From assembly GCA_042408215.1 (NCBI GenBank), contig JAYFMW010000026.1, positions 96,001-160,000 of the forward strand: a stretch of 64,000 nt of DNA. Direction: 5' to 3'. Shown here piece after piece: positions 30,569 through 41,872 of this stretch (its first letter is position 1; every line of letters begins with the position of its first letter). The notes beneath the pieces were generated by a model. The model saw only the letters and a program-made list of their open reading frames with translations. It had not been told where the DNA came from and ran no database searches. Position numbers and translations under genes: made by a program. Source of the DNA: Microcoleus sp. Its GTDB lineage: Bacteria; Cyanobacteriota; Cyanobacteriia; Cyanobacteriales; Microcoleaceae.

Positions 30569-31807
30569 ATGACTGTCAAAACTGCCACCAACTCCCTTAA
30601 CTGCACGCCCGTTTCTACCATCAACTCGCTTCAAGTCGCAGTCAGCGAACAAATCGCCGAAATCAATAGCGTTCCCAGCATCAATATCCTCGCTTTGGCT
30701 GACTTCGCCCTCAAAGAATTGCAAGCAGAAATGAAAACTCCCAGCCGTAGCGCTCAATCCGTGGCGATGCGGATTGCTAAGGAAGTCGAACGGATTTGCC
30801 AAAAAAGCGATCGCATCCAAATTTCCGGCGAAGTTCAAGCTTGGCAAATTACTCTAGCCGAACACCGCTTGCAAAAAACCTTGGAATTCTATCGCCTCGG
30901 TTCCAGACAAGGCCGCGTCGAACTCCACTCTCACCTCGCGGCGATGATTTACCGCCATGTTGCTTCTTTTCGATCGAACTTGAACTTCCAAGCTCGCTAC
31001 AACATGATTGAAGACTTTTTGCAAGGCTTTTACATTGAATCTCTGCGAGCTTTCCGCCGCGAACACCAGCTCGATGTCACATACCAGCCCCGCACACAGC
31101 TAGAATTGGCTGAGTACATGGCTTTTACCGAACAGTACGCCAAACGCCAAATCGGCTTACCGGGCCGCAACCGCCAACGCCTGATCGTGCTCCGCGCTCA
31201 AGGATTTGCCAAGGGCCAACCTCCCGAAACTGCGATCGACATTGAAATGGCTGTAGAATCTGGCAAGGGTGAAGATGCCGAAATGCACAGCCGCTCTCCG
31301 GCGCTGCAACAAGTGCGCGAGCAAATGGTGGCTGAAACTGTCGATCCGGCTGATGCTGTGTTGCGCGATCGAGTAGTCTCAGAATTGATCGCTTATCTGG
31401 AATCGCAAAATCAGCCAGAATGCGTGGACTACCTAACTTTAAAATTGCAAGACCTTTCTGCTTCTGAAATCGATCGCGTTCTCGGTTTGTCTGCTAGACA
31501 ACGCGACTACTTGCAACAACGTTTCAAGTACCACGTCGAAAAATTTGCCCGCACTCAAAACTGGAAATTAGTTCACGAATGGCTTGGTGCTGATCTCGAT
31601 CAAAAGCTGGGAATGACTTCGGACAAGTGGGAAACATTTCAAGCTCAACTTTCCTCGGAACAACAACAACTGTTAGCGATGAAGCGGAATCAAGAAAGCG
31701 ATAGTGCGATCGCCACTGCCATCAAATGCACTCCCAAACAAGTCCAAAAACGCTGGGCGCAACTGTTGGATCTGGCTAGCCAGACTCGCAACAATAGCCA
31801 AGGTTAA
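30569..31807 (+). CDS. HetZ-related protein
   Basis: YRLGSRQGRVELHS, IEDFLQGFY, ELAEYMAFTEQYAKR and RQRDYLQQRFKYHVEKF. The start could be further upstream (30410). Confidence 0.75.
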   Translation: MTVKTATNSLNCTPVSTINSLQVAVSEQIAEINSVPSINILALADFALKELQAEMKTPSRSAQSVAMRIAKEVERICQKSDRIQISGEVQAWQITLAEHRLQKTLEFYRLGSRQGRVELHSHLAAMIYRHVASFRSNLNFQARYNMIEDFLQGFYIESLRAFRREHQLDVTYQPRTQLELAEYMAFTEQYAKRQIGLPGRNRQRLIVLRAQGFAKGQPPETAIDIEMAVESGKGEDAEMHSRSPALQQVREQMVAETVDPADAVLRDRVVSELIAYLESQNQPECVDYLTLKLQDLSASEIDRVLGLSARQRDYLQQRFKYHVEKFARTQNWKLVHEWLGADLDQKLGMTSDKWETFQAQLSSEQQQLLAMKRNQESDSAIATAIKCTPKQVQKRWAQLLDLASQTRNNSQG

Positions 31808-32648
31808 CGGGTACTTTACCATGAATGTAACCGTTTTCTTGAGGCTGGAAAATGCGATCGGGTGCGGCTGACTGCAAAGAATGTCCGCCCCTGTCCCCTC
31901 TCAAATCTACAAGACCTGCTGCTAAATTATGACTGCTTTTGATCGAATTCAATATATTAAAAAAACATTACTTTTTTTGAAGATTTCTCTTTCCCAAGTT
32001 ATGCTTGGGATTTTTTTTTACTTCCAGGCTCTGGCTGGGAATGCCTTTTGAGATCAAGTCCGTTAGCATCGGAATAGTAAATTTGAGTTATACCAATTTT
32101 TTATGAGGCTGCATAGAATCCGATCCCCCCAGCCCCCTTAAAAAGGGGGAGCAAGAATTCAAAGTCAACCCCTACTCACACCCTACTCCCAAGGGTGCGG
32201 GGGATTTAGGGGGATCGGGATATGTGCAACGACCTATTAAATTGGTATTAACAGCTGTAACTGTTAACTGTTAACTGTCAACCGTCAACCGTCAACCGTC
32301 AACAATCACCTGACGGTGCAACCGGAATTGATATGAGATCAAGTCCGAGCGATCGCACATATTATATCCAGTCCGGTGGATGAGTGATTGTATAATTTCC
32401 GCAGACCTAGGGGCGGGTTTTACCAACCAGAATTGTTGAAAACTAACTATCTCGTAAACCCGCCCCCACCAGACGATAAAATCCTTGATTGAGAATTGTG
32501 GAAGATGTGCGATTAAATTAAGATCTTGTGCCGATCGCAGTCCGCTGTCGAGTTTAAACCCCACTGCGGACTGCGACTAGGGCGACAAGTGCAACATTTG
32601 AATTTATTAGATATATTGAACAAGGCTAGGTCTTTTATAATAACCCTT

Positions 32649-33365
32649 ATGAATGTCAATCTCGCTCCCTCCCCCACTTCTAGTCTCAAACCCGCAGCCC
32701 AAAATGTTTCGGCACTCAAACAAGTCTTCCAGACAATTGATGCCGATAGCTGTCCGAGTTCCTACAACTTCCATATGCACACAGTGTACTCCGACGGGCG
32801 CTTGCAGCCAGAGGAATTGCTCTCTCAAGCGATCGCGATCGGTCTCAAAGGCTTAGCTATTACAGACCACCACAGCACCAACGGCTACGCTCAAGCTCAA
32901 ATTTGGTTGGATAATTGGAAATTCAACCATCCCGACAACAGCGCAACACCGAGTCTCTGGACAGGGGTTGAAATTAATGCTGAATTACTAAACAATGAGG
33001 TACACATTCTCGGTTATGGATTCGAGCCACAACATCCCAGTCTCCAACCATACTTACGAGGTAGAAGCACGGTCGGTAGCGATCGTTATCCAGCAGCCAA
33101 GGTAATTAAAGCTATTCAGCAAGCAGGAGGTTTAGCAGTTCTCGCACATCCTTGCCGATATCGATCGACCGCAGATAAATTAATCCCAGAAGCTGCTCGT
33201 TTCGGCATAGACGGCGTAGAAACCTACTATGCCTATGCTAACCCCAATCCTTGGAAACCAAGCCCCAAACAAACTGTTTTAGTCAAAGAATTAGTAGAAA
33301 ATTACGGTTTGCTTGGAACTTGCGGAACTGACTCTCACGGCCTCAGTATTCTAGTCCGAGTCTAG
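32649..33365 (+). CDS. PHP-domain phosphoesterase
   Basis: HMHTVYSDG, AITDHH, GVEI, VHILGY, LAHP and GTDSHG. Confidence 0.92.
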   Translation: MNVNLAPSPTSSLKPAAQNVSALKQVFQTIDADSCPSSYNFHMHTVYSDGRLQPEELLSQAIAIGLKGLAITDHHSTNGYAQAQIWLDNWKFNHPDNSATPSLWTGVEINAELLNNEVHILGYGFEPQHPSLQPYLRGRSTVGSDRYPAAKVIKAIQQAGGLAVLAHPCRYRSTADKLIPEAARFGIDGVETYYAYANPNPWKPSPKQTVLVKELVENYGLLGTCGTDSHGLSILVRV

Positions 33366-33648
33366 ATATAGCAACCGCGCCCGGTGGCGCCGGACGCAAA
33401 GCGCCAGAAATCCTCGATCGCCAAAACGTAAACAACTAAACCGATCGATTTTTTTGCGGATTCGACTCTTTAACCAAGACTCTTCTTTGCTCAATCAAGT
33501 TGCAGTCTCTGCCCAGACCTGCTGGATTAGTTTGGGGGCCAGAAATCCGATCGCCTCTTAATTAAAGTGCATTCAGATCGCCTCCTCTCAAACGGCGATC
33601 GCACTTAATTCCACTCAAGTAGGACTCACAAAGCCCACGCTACAGAAA

Positions 33649-35331
33649 CTATGCTTCTGGCACAAAAACACTTGCCGTAAGCTCGCTTTGAGCAACCCCT
33701 TGAACGATACCCAAATAGTTAGTACCGAGTTTAATTGCCGTAGCACTAACAGCAGCTCCTCCATTCAGATTCAAACTTACAGTTTCCAAGGTGAGGCTAG
33801 CAAATACACTCCCGCCAGTTAGACCAATTTTGTCCCCAACAGTAAAGTCTGTAATCACATCTGCCTCTGCTAAGCTGGCAGCCGTCGCCGCCCCTCCGGT
33901 TAAGATAAATGTATCGCTTCCGCCGCCACCTGTGAGAATGTCTTGACCGCGATCGCCACTCAGTCTGTCGTCGCCGTTACCGCCAATCAGGACATCGTTT
34001 TCTTTACCACCGGTCATAATGTCATTGCCATCTCCTCCGGTGAGAGTATCGTTGTCATTGTTGCCTAGGATCGCGTCGTCGCCAACACCGCCGTCAATCT
34101 CATCCGACCCTTTACCGCCTGGTAAACAGTCGTTACCTGCCCCTCCGTCGATTGTATCGGCTCCTTGCATTCCGTTAATGATATCAGAGCCACTTGTCCC
34201 GGTAATATTGTCGTTGCCAGATAGCGCAAATATTGGTTTGCGAGCATCAGCCGGAGGAAGTGATGAAAGCAAAATATTGTCATTATTGTCGGAGAGGTTG
34301 TAAAACCCATTGCTAACAGTGTTTGCTGGTTGTCCAGTAGGACTACCAGGGCCCGAAGAATTGATTGCAGGTGCCGCGATCGTTACAGGCGTACCACCAG
34401 CCGTTGGTGTTGGAGTTGGTGTTGGAGTTGGTGTTGGAGTTGGTGTCGGTGTTGGAGTTGGTGTTGGAGGTGTGACCACAGGTGTTGGAGGTGTGACCAC
34501 AGGTGTTGGAGGTGTGACCACAGGTGTTGGAGGTGTGACCACAGGTGTTGGAGGTGTGACCACAGGTGTTGGAGGTGTGACCACAGGTGTTGGAGGTGTG
34601 ACCACAGGTGTTGGAGGTGTGACCACAGGTGTTGGTGTTGTGGAAGTAGCAAATGCCAAATTCAGATTGTATTTGCTACTGTTATTCTTACCCTGACCTT
34701 CACCAGCACCAGGATTAGCATTGACGTGCTTAACTTCCAAAAAATATCTTTTTCCCGGTGTAAGGACCTCAAATTCCAATTTAGCGTCAGGCTGACCCTT
34801 ATTATTTTGTGTTGTAGCAACTGGAAAATTAGGGTTGCTGGGGTCCACTAAATTTGCAGTGACAATACCATCTAGATTTCCCAGAGTTGCCGTCAACTTA
34901 CCCAGACTCGGCCCTTCAATGCGGTAGTAGTCAATAGGGTCAATCTTACCTACCCACCCTGAATAAGTTCCGGGGTTAACGGCTGGAGTATCACCATTTC
35001 GTTCGTTGTTAAGATCGTTCGGCTCTAAATTAACTTCGACTGTGTACGCCGTTAGCTCAGTAGCAGCGGCCGCCGGTTTGTTGTCCCTAACAATCCCCGT
35101 GAAAGTACCGCCTACGATGGGGGTAAAAATGACTTTCTGAGCAGCTTTAGTTTCACCACTTGCAACCTCGACGCTGTTAGGATTGTTGACCCGTAAAAAA
35201 GGCTGAAATTTGCTATCATCGGCACTTATTACAGAGATTTGAGTACGCTGATTTGCGACTATGCTCTCCAAAGGAAAATTAACATTTGAATCAGTTGGTG
35301 TGATTTGTCTAAATAAACTGTAACCGCTCAT
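33649..35331 (-). CDS. Secreted RTX/haemolysin-type Ca-binding protein with Pro/Thr linker
   Basis: Multiple GGxGxDxL nonapeptides and C-terminal ADVITDF; N-terminal beta-sandwich-like region (DPIDYYRI). Confidence 0.88.
   Translation of the reverse strand: MSGYSLFRQITPTDSNVNFPLESIVANQRTQISVISADDSKFQPFLRVNNPNSVEVASGETKAAQKVIFTPIVGGTFTGIVRDNKPAAAATELTAYTVEVNLEPNDLNNERNGDTPAVNPGTYSGWVGKIDPIDYYRIEGPSLGKLTATLGNLDGIVTANLVDPSNPNFPVATTQNNKGQPDAKLEFEVLTPGKRYFLEVKHVNANPGAGEGQGKNNSSKYNLNLAFATSTTPTPVVTPPTPVVTPPTPVVTPPTPVVTPPTPVVTPPTPVVTPPTPVVTPPTPVVTPPTPTPTPTPTPTPTPTPTPTPTAGGTPVTIAAPAINSSGPGSPTGQPANTVSNGFYNLSDNNDNILLSSLPPADARKPIFALSGNDNITGTSGSDIINGMQGADTIDGGAGNDCLPGGKGSDEIDGGVGDDAILGNNDNDTLTGGDGNDIMTGGKENDVLIGGNGDDRLSGDRGQDILTGGGGSDTFILTGGAATAASLAEADVITDFTVGDKIGLTGGSVFASLTLETVSLNLNGGAAVSATAIKLGTNYLGIVQGVAQSELTASVFVPEA
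34403..34627. repeat. Coding VNTR: 8 x 21 bp (34460-34627) plus a PT repeat
   Basis: GGTGTTGGAGGTGTGACCACA x8 exact, encoding the PTPVVTP repeat. Confidence 0.95.
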
Positions 35332-35909
35332 TGTTTTATTCCTCAATCAAGTTTGCTTGGATGGTTAGGCACTGGTTTAGTGACTAAATTTAATCAGTTA
35401 TTCCGTAAAAATTCCTGAACTTACGCAGCGTAAAACATTGGTAGGAGTAACTCATAAATTGCCCTACATAAAATAGACTTTACAACTTAGTTTTGCGCCC
35501 GTCCTAAATTCTCTTCCTAGGAGCACCTCTCATAGAGTGAAGTTTGCATGAATCAGTTTATTTTTGGCTGATTAACTAACACTTTACTGTTTTCCAAAAG
35601 CAAGTTCAAGAGTTTATTTATTTGATTTATTTGTGTTTAATAAGAAAACTATAAGTATAACTTATTTAAGTTGCGATCGCCCTATTGATTGAGTTCAGAC
35701 AGATTAATTTTTTATAAAAAATAGTCGCTACTTTTTCCCCGCACCAGCAAGCAACTTTTTACCGGGTGCGTGACAGTCCGCAGTCGCAAGTTGCGAGTCA
35801 AATATTTCTCGCTGCCTGTGCACCCTACAATAGACATCTCCCAAAAAGCTTGTCAAGAACAGGCAGGATGCCTGTTCCACAATAATTATGGGAGATGTCT
35901 AATTACTAT

Positions 35910-37076
35910 CTACCGTTCAGGAAAAAGTTGGCAAGACCGATTAGTTGGCTGATTAGCCCAATTTAAGCGAGAATTGCCAAACCGATCCATCCAACCTTCC
36001 AAATAAGCCCGATTAGCCTTTCTTTCTTCAGAATCCGATGTATTCATGGGATGAGGTGCTAAACCAAAAATAGTCGCCGTCGTCACGCAAAACATCGACT
36101 TTTGAAAACTCTGACAAATTTGCACCCGCACATCATCTTCACCCCGACAGCTAGTGCGATAAACTTCGTGCAAATACTCCGGCAAAAAATGCCGCATATC
36201 TTGCATCAATTGAGTTGGCGGAATCCCTGCACCTCCAATAGGTAAAGGATCTGCAAACAAAGCACCGTAGTTAAAGTCTCTTTGTTCTGCTGGGATTTGA
36301 TGGGCTTGCGCGTTGTAGGAAACTACTCCAAAAAATGCAGTACCCCGAAAGAAAATTGACTCTACATAGGGAATCGCTACATCTGCTAAAAACGTCAAGT
36401 TAGCCGCCGCTGGAATGATATCGTAGACTTGAGGGCCAATCTTCACGCTGTAGGTAATCGGTAAACTGGCGGCGGATACTAAGCCGGCTTTGATCAAATC
36501 AACTATATCAGAAATAGACTTAGTTTCTCCTCGATCGTAGGAATCAGATAAGTCCATAAACAAATCGCTCATTACCCGCCAAAACTGACCGAGACCGGTG
36601 TAATAAGCCAGCATCCGCACTTGTTCCGGCAAAAAATTAGGAAATGCTTTGTTAAGTCCCTGCATGAAAAAATTGCCTTTCAGTTTAGCAGCGATCGCCT
36701 TTTCGGCCAAACTGCTAAATTCCGGCGAATCCAAATAACTATCCAAACCGCCGCCGCCATGCCAAAGCATAGTTTTCATGCAATATTCGGCATACTCAAA
36801 ATTTATGCGATCGTGCCACAAATAGCGCATTAATTTCGGCAGAGTGACTTCCCCATTGAAATATTTAAAAAACGGGAACAGCACTAAAAACTGTGATTCT
36901 GCAATATAATTGAGATTCCGAGAATAGGCATCTAGAACAATAGCGTAACTTTTGAGAACGCCAACAACTTCTACTACATTTTCCTCGGATTCAGGCAGTA
37001 AAGCTTGGCCTGATTCCAAGATGTCAATGTATGCTGATAGGGGATGAGAAGATGGTTTTAATACGGTACTTGTCAT
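35910..37076 (-). CDS. cupB: CO2 hydration protein CupB/ChpX
   Basis: WHDRINFEYAEYCM, GLGQFWRVM, GAGIPPTQLMQDM and SFQKSMFCVT; in an operon with ndhF4/ndhD4. Confidence 0.92.
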   Translation of the reverse strand: MTSTVLKPSSHPLSAYIDILESGQALLPESEENVVEVVGVLKSYAIVLDAYSRNLNYIAESQFLVLFPFFKYFNGEVTLPKLMRYLWHDRINFEYAEYCMKTMLWHGGGGLDSYLDSPEFSSLAEKAIAAKLKGNFFMQGLNKAFPNFLPEQVRMLAYYTGLGQFWRVMSDLFMDLSDSYDRGETKSISDIVDLIKAGLVSAASLPITYSVKIGPQVYDIIPAAANLTFLADVAIPYVESIFFRGTAFFGVVSYNAQAHQIPAEQRDFNYGALFADPLPIGGAGIPPTQLMQDMRHFLPEYLHEVYRTSCRGEDDVRVQICQSFQKSMFCVTTATIFGLAPHPMNTSDSEERKANRAYLEGWMDRFGNSRLNWANQPTNRSCQLFPER

Positions 37077-37147
37077 TTTAATTTAACCTTAAATGAAGGA
37101 AGTTCGGCAACGGATTTTTTAACGGATTTAACGGATGGATGGAATAG

Positions 37148-37418
37148 GTAGGGACACTCAAGGGTGCCCATTAGTGTCAACTTAAGCCTGAAACTCTTGG
37201 TATCTCTCGGTTTTACCTAAGTCTAGATCCCCCTAAATCCCCCTTAAGAAGGGAGTAGGGTGTGAGTAGGGGTTGACTTTGAAAAGACTCCTGTCCCCCC
37301 CTTCTTAAGGGGGAGTAGGGGGCAAGAATGCGGGGGGATCTAGATTTAATAGTCAAACAAAAGTCTCTGACTGGGTTTGACCTTAAATTGACACCTATGG
37401 GCAGTGCCGTGTCCCTAC
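37148..37418. mobile_element. MITE nested in a GTAG-type REP (copy 2, inverted relative to 1202-1449)
   Basis: GTAGGGACAC..CATTAGTGTCAACTTAAG ... TTAAATTGACACCTATG..GCCGTGTCCCTAC. Confidence 0.8.
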
Positions 37419-37432
37419 AGATAGGTCATATT

Positions 37433-38947
37433 TTATTTCAAGTTTTGAGCGATCGCATTAACTTGCGGAGGCACATTAGCTACCATTGCGATCGCAGTTT
37501 TCTCGCTCAAAGCAACAATAACTCCCGGCTGCACTCCCATAATCAGAATAATCACAGCCAATACCAGAGAAGGAATGCGATCGCCCCAGCGCACTTGTGG
37601 TAAACTAACCACCAAATCCGAAAGGCGGCCAAAAAAGACGCGGTTGATCATAATTAAAAAATACACTGAAGTCAAACCCGTCCCGATCATGCACAGCAAA
37701 GTTTGCACCGGAAACACTTGCAAACTACCGCGAAATACCAAAAATTCAGCAATAAATCCAGCCAAACCCGGAATTCCCGCACTAGCCATCACGCCGACAA
37801 TCATTAGACTACCAATCATTGGCAAACCTCGATCGGGATTAAACAAACCTCTAAGCACGTCTAAATTGCGACTTCCTGATTTTCTGTAAACAACGCCGAC
37901 ACTCAAAAACAGCAGTGCCGAAATTAAGCCGTGGCTTACCATTTGCACAACAGTACCCAACAAACTCACCGGAGTAGCAGCGGCGCTAGCCAACAAAATG
38001 TAACCCATGTGGGCGATCGAACTATAAGCTACCATTTTCTTCATATCTTTTTGGGCGATCGCGCAACTCGCCCCATAAAGCACGCTAACAACAGCCCAAC
38101 TCGCCAACCAAGGCGCAGCCACCGCCCACGCATCAGGAAACAAACCCAAACCGAAGCGCAGCATCCCATAGGTACCCAACTTCAAAAGCACCCCAGCCAG
38201 CAACACCGAAACCGGAGTCGAAGCTTCTACGTGAGCATCAGGAAGCCAAGTATGAAAAGGCACCAAAGGAATCTTAATTCCAAAAGCCAGCAAGATCCCA
38301 GCCAGCAAAACAATTTGCCTCACCAAAGGCAAAGGTAAACCACCTTGTAAATGTGATGCACCAACAGCACCAACCATGTCAAAACTAGAAGCACCACTCA
38401 GCCAAACTACCCCCAAGAAAGAAGCCAACAGCACAATTCCCGAAAACGCAGTATAGATTAAAAACTTAGTCGCAGCATAACCCCGACGTTCGCCTCCCCA
38501 AATTGCAATTAACAGGTAAAGCGGTATCAGTTCCACCTCAAAAAACAAGAAAAACAGCAGCAAATTTTGAGTCAAAAAAGCCCCAGCCACGCCGCCCGTA
38601 ATCAGCAAAATCAAAGAATAATAAAGTCTCGGTCTGCGAAGAGACTCATCTGTACTGTAAATAGCCACCCCTGTCAGCAGACAATTTAAAATCACCAAAG
38701 GCAGAGACAAACCATCAACACCGAGATTGTAGTTCAATCCCAAAACATCTATCCAAGGAATAAATTCAGCAAACTGCAACTCACCGGTACTCGTATCAAA
38801 CTGAGTAGCCAAAATCACCGATAAAATCAAAGTTATACCTGCAATGGCGATCGCAGAATTCCGAACAATTTTAGAACTCACCGAACCAGGCCAAAACCCA
38901 ATCAGAGCCGCCCCCAAGATTGGTATCCAGATTAAAGCACTCAGCAT
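37433..38947 (-). CDS. ndhD4: NDH-1 subunit D4
   Basis: NuoM-like: GVDGLSLPL, FHTWLPDAHVEA and VAYSSIAHMG; next to cupB. Confidence 0.92.
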   Translation of the reverse strand: MLSALIWIPILGAALIGFWPGSVSSKIVRNSAIAIAGITLILSVILATQFDTSTGELQFAEFIPWIDVLGLNYNLGVDGLSLPLVILNCLLTGVAIYSTDESLRRPRLYYSLILLITGGVAGAFLTQNLLLFFLFFEVELIPLYLLIAIWGGERRGYAATKFLIYTAFSGIVLLASFLGVVWLSGASSFDMVGAVGASHLQGGLPLPLVRQIVLLAGILLAFGIKIPLVPFHTWLPDAHVEASTPVSVLLAGVLLKLGTYGMLRFGLGLFPDAWAVAAPWLASWAVVSVLYGASCAIAQKDMKKMVAYSSIAHMGYILLASAAATPVSLLGTVVQMVSHGLISALLFLSVGVVYRKSGSRNLDVLRGLFNPDRGLPMIGSLMIVGVMASAGIPGLAGFIAEFLVFRGSLQVFPVQTLLCMIGTGLTSVYFLIMINRVFFGRLSDLVVSLPQVRWGDRIPSLVLAVIILIMGVQPGVIVALSEKTAIAMVANVPPQVNAIAQNLK

Positions 38948-39349
38948 CAATTAAAACTTTCCTTTACTACAGATTTTTAAACTATATTTAAGATTAGCGC
39001 AAAGCCAGAAATTATAAAAGCGATCGGCTGATTTTTTTACATAGGTTCAAATATCAATAAATTCATCTGCGTTCATCAGTATTCATCTGCCTGCATCTGC
39101 CTTGAAAAGTTGTCTTGAGAGAAGGCGAAATTATTTCACTTCCCGAACTTTTACCCGGTTCGCAAGTTCCGGTTGCCGAATTGTGGTCGATCGAATTTGA
39201 ATAACATCCGAGAAAAGAGCAGACAAACCCCGAATAAAAACATCTGCGTTCATCTGTGTTCATCTGCCCTCATCTGCGGTGAAAAATTAAATAAAATTAG
39301 ATCCAAAGCAGACCAACCCATCATAAATTCATCGGCCGACCTCCGAGGT

Positions 39350-41224
39350 TTAAAACTGCCAAATTATCAACGCCAGCAACACCGCCACACCCCCCGCAAT
39401 AGTCAACACATAAAACTGCGACTGACCGGTGCCGCTATACTTCAACCCTTCACCGCTGAAAATTGTCGCAAAACCAAACAAATTAACCGCCCCATCCACC
39501 ACATACCTGTCAGTCCAAGCGCTGATTTTAGCAATAGAAGCAACAGCCCAAACCACAGTCAATCGGTAAATGCGATCGATATAAAAATCGTAAGCCAACA
39601 AATCCTGCACAGCCGGAATCGGTAATCGCACCGGCCGAGGTAAAACCCCATACCAATAAATCGCCACCCCGATCGCACAACCAATCAACCCAGATAACAG
39701 CAACAGCGGTGTATCCAGCGTCTTCAACAGCAAATTTAAAGCATCAAAATCTCCAGTCTCAGCCGAAGGCCCACTCCAACTAATTAATAATTGCCACCGC
39801 TGCAACATCCAAGGCACTAACAACCCGGTAACAGTCAAAATTACCATCGGTAAAGCCATTAGCCATCCCACTTCTGGAGTTCTGCGAGTTTTCGCCTGCG
39901 GTTTTCCTGCAAACACTAAACCGAATACGCGAGTTAAATTGAGCGCTGTCAAACAATTAACTAACAGCAGCACAACTACCAACCACAAAGGTACTGTCCA
40001 AAAACCGTTAAGCCAGCGCCGCATCGCCCAAAAATTCCCCAGCGGCAACAGTGCTACCATCCCCGCAGCGCCTACTAGAAAAGCCGTAGTCGTGGCTGGC
40101 ATTCTCGACCACAATCCCCCCATTTCTGTTAAAGTTTGAGTGTTGGTAGTCGAAATAATTGACCCAGCGCTCATAAATAATAGTGCCTTGGAAATCGAGT
40201 GCGCGAACAGCAACAGCAAAGCAATGTCAACTTGATTTAGCCCCACTGCGATAAACACTAAACCTAAAGAAGCGCTTGTAGAATGCGATAATGTTCTTTT
40301 CAGGTCGATTTGGGCGATCGCCACCAGAGAAGCCCCAACAGCCGTCACCACACCCAAAACCACCAGCACTCCACCAGTCATCGGCGAAAGCGCCAAAACA
40401 GGCTGAAGTTTAATCAAAACATAAGCCCCAGCACCCACAACCACCGTATTCCGCATAATCGAAGCCGGGTTAGGTCCCTCCATCGCCTCATCGAGCCACA
40501 AATGGAATGGAAACTGAGCACACTTAGCCGTAGGTGCCGCAATTAAAGCCAAACCCAAAAGAGTCCCGAATACAGGAGACAAAGTTGCAGTTTCCGCCCA
40601 TTTCTCCAAATCGGAAAAATTCAAACTTCCGGCGATCGTCGAAAGCGTTACTACTCCCATCAACAGCGGCACATCTCCCACACGCTTCGTTAAAAACGCA
40701 TCTCTAGCCGCTGTTACTACCAGCGGTTGAGCGTACCAAAACCCTACTAGCAAGTAAGTTGAAAGCGTCAGCATTTCCAACAAAGCGTAAGTTAGAAGCA
40801 GCGAGTCACTAATCGCAATACCACTAATTGCCGCTTCAAAAAAACCGAGCAACCCGAAAAATCGAGCCATCGCCCAGTCTTTTTCCATGTAGCCCAAAGC
40901 GTAAATTTGTGCTAGCAAACTCAGAAATGTCACTAACTCCATTGCTCCCACGCTCACCGTGGATATTTCTAGTGAAAAAGACAGATCTAAATCTGCTGCT
41001 TGCACCCAGTGTACGAGCAATTGTTGGGGAGGTCGATCCCAAGTTGCTGTGAAAATCACTGACCCGTGTATAAAAGCCAAGACAGTCATCAGCAAATTGA
41101 AGTAAGCCGCCGGTCTTGGCCCTGTTTTACGAATGGTTCCAGTAGACCAGGGCAAAGTTAAAATTGCGCCAATTAAGCCATATAAAGGCACCCACCAACA
41201 GGCTTGGAGGAGAAATTGAGTCAT
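39350..41224 (-). CDS. ndhF4: NDH-1 subunit F4
   Basis: TGPRPAAY, AARDAFLTKRVGD and QFPFHLWLDEAMEGPNP. Confidence 0.92.
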   Translation of the reverse strand: MTQFLLQACWWVPLYGLIGAILTLPWSTGTIRKTGPRPAAYFNLLMTVLAFIHGSVIFTATWDRPPQQLLVHWVQAADLDLSFSLEISTVSVGAMELVTFLSLLAQIYALGYMEKDWAMARFFGLLGFFEAAISGIAISDSLLLTYALLEMLTLSTYLLVGFWYAQPLVVTAARDAFLTKRVGDVPLLMGVVTLSTIAGSLNFSDLEKWAETATLSPVFGTLLGLALIAAPTAKCAQFPFHLWLDEAMEGPNPASIMRNTVVVGAGAYVLIKLQPVLALSPMTGGVLVVLGVVTAVGASLVAIAQIDLKRTLSHSTSASLGLVFIAVGLNQVDIALLLLFAHSISKALLFMSAGSIISTTNTQTLTEMGGLWSRMPATTTAFLVGAAGMVALLPLGNFWAMRRWLNGFWTVPLWLVVVLLLVNCLTALNLTRVFGLVFAGKPQAKTRRTPEVGWLMALPMVILTVTGLLVPWMLQRWQLLISWSGPSAETGDFDALNLLLKTLDTPLLLLSGLIGCAIGVAIYWYGVLPRPVRLPIPAVQDLLAYDFYIDRIYRLTVVWAVASIAKISAWTDRYVVDGAVNLFGFATIFSGEGLKYSGTGQSQFYVLTIAGGVAVLLALIIWQF

Positions 41225-41369
41225 TAATTTATCCCGATCAATTGGAAATTTACTACTGTCTTTATGAAACTCTCAGCTCTTTCATACATAGACTGAGTTT
41301 CTCACATCCCGTGCTATGTTTTATGTAAAAATCAATAGTTTTGGCAAAATAATTTGCACTGACATTAAC

Positions 41370-41507
41370 TATAGCGGTTTTCTAGAAAGTCAGGTACGCC
41401 CAATTCAATTCGGCTCAGGAAAAGGAAGCATTAATGACCTAGACCCTAGGCCCTAGGCCCTAGGCCCTAGGCATCGGGAGCAGCTAATTTACCTGAGAAA
41501 GGCTATA
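41370..41507. mobile_element. TA-ended MITE with CCCTAGG x4 (relative at 61929-62059)
   Basis: TATAGC...CTGAGAAAGGCTATA ends shared by the two copies. Confidence 0.7.
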
Positions 41508-41872
41508 TACATTAAAGCACTCTAGCTGAGAATTCGATCGCTGAAAAATTAGCTGTTACCGCAAAAGCGGACTCTACTTGACAAGTATTTTTACTCAGCG
41601 GACTCTCCAATTGCCACCGCCCTCTACTCCTTTTCATGTTAAGTTTATTAAAAAAATATTAAGTTATTTTAAATAACATAAAAAAAATTAATTTTTTTTA
41701 TTAAACATTATGATGTTAGTTTATATTGTCAAGGTACACCGCTTACTCTATTCTTAAAGGATAGGAAGCTTTAAACCGTTGTTCTAAAGAATCTGGGCTC
41801 CCCCGTCCAATTTTTTAAATTGGTCAAAGATTTGTAACGGTAATTCCACTAATCCTCAAAGGAGATTCAACA

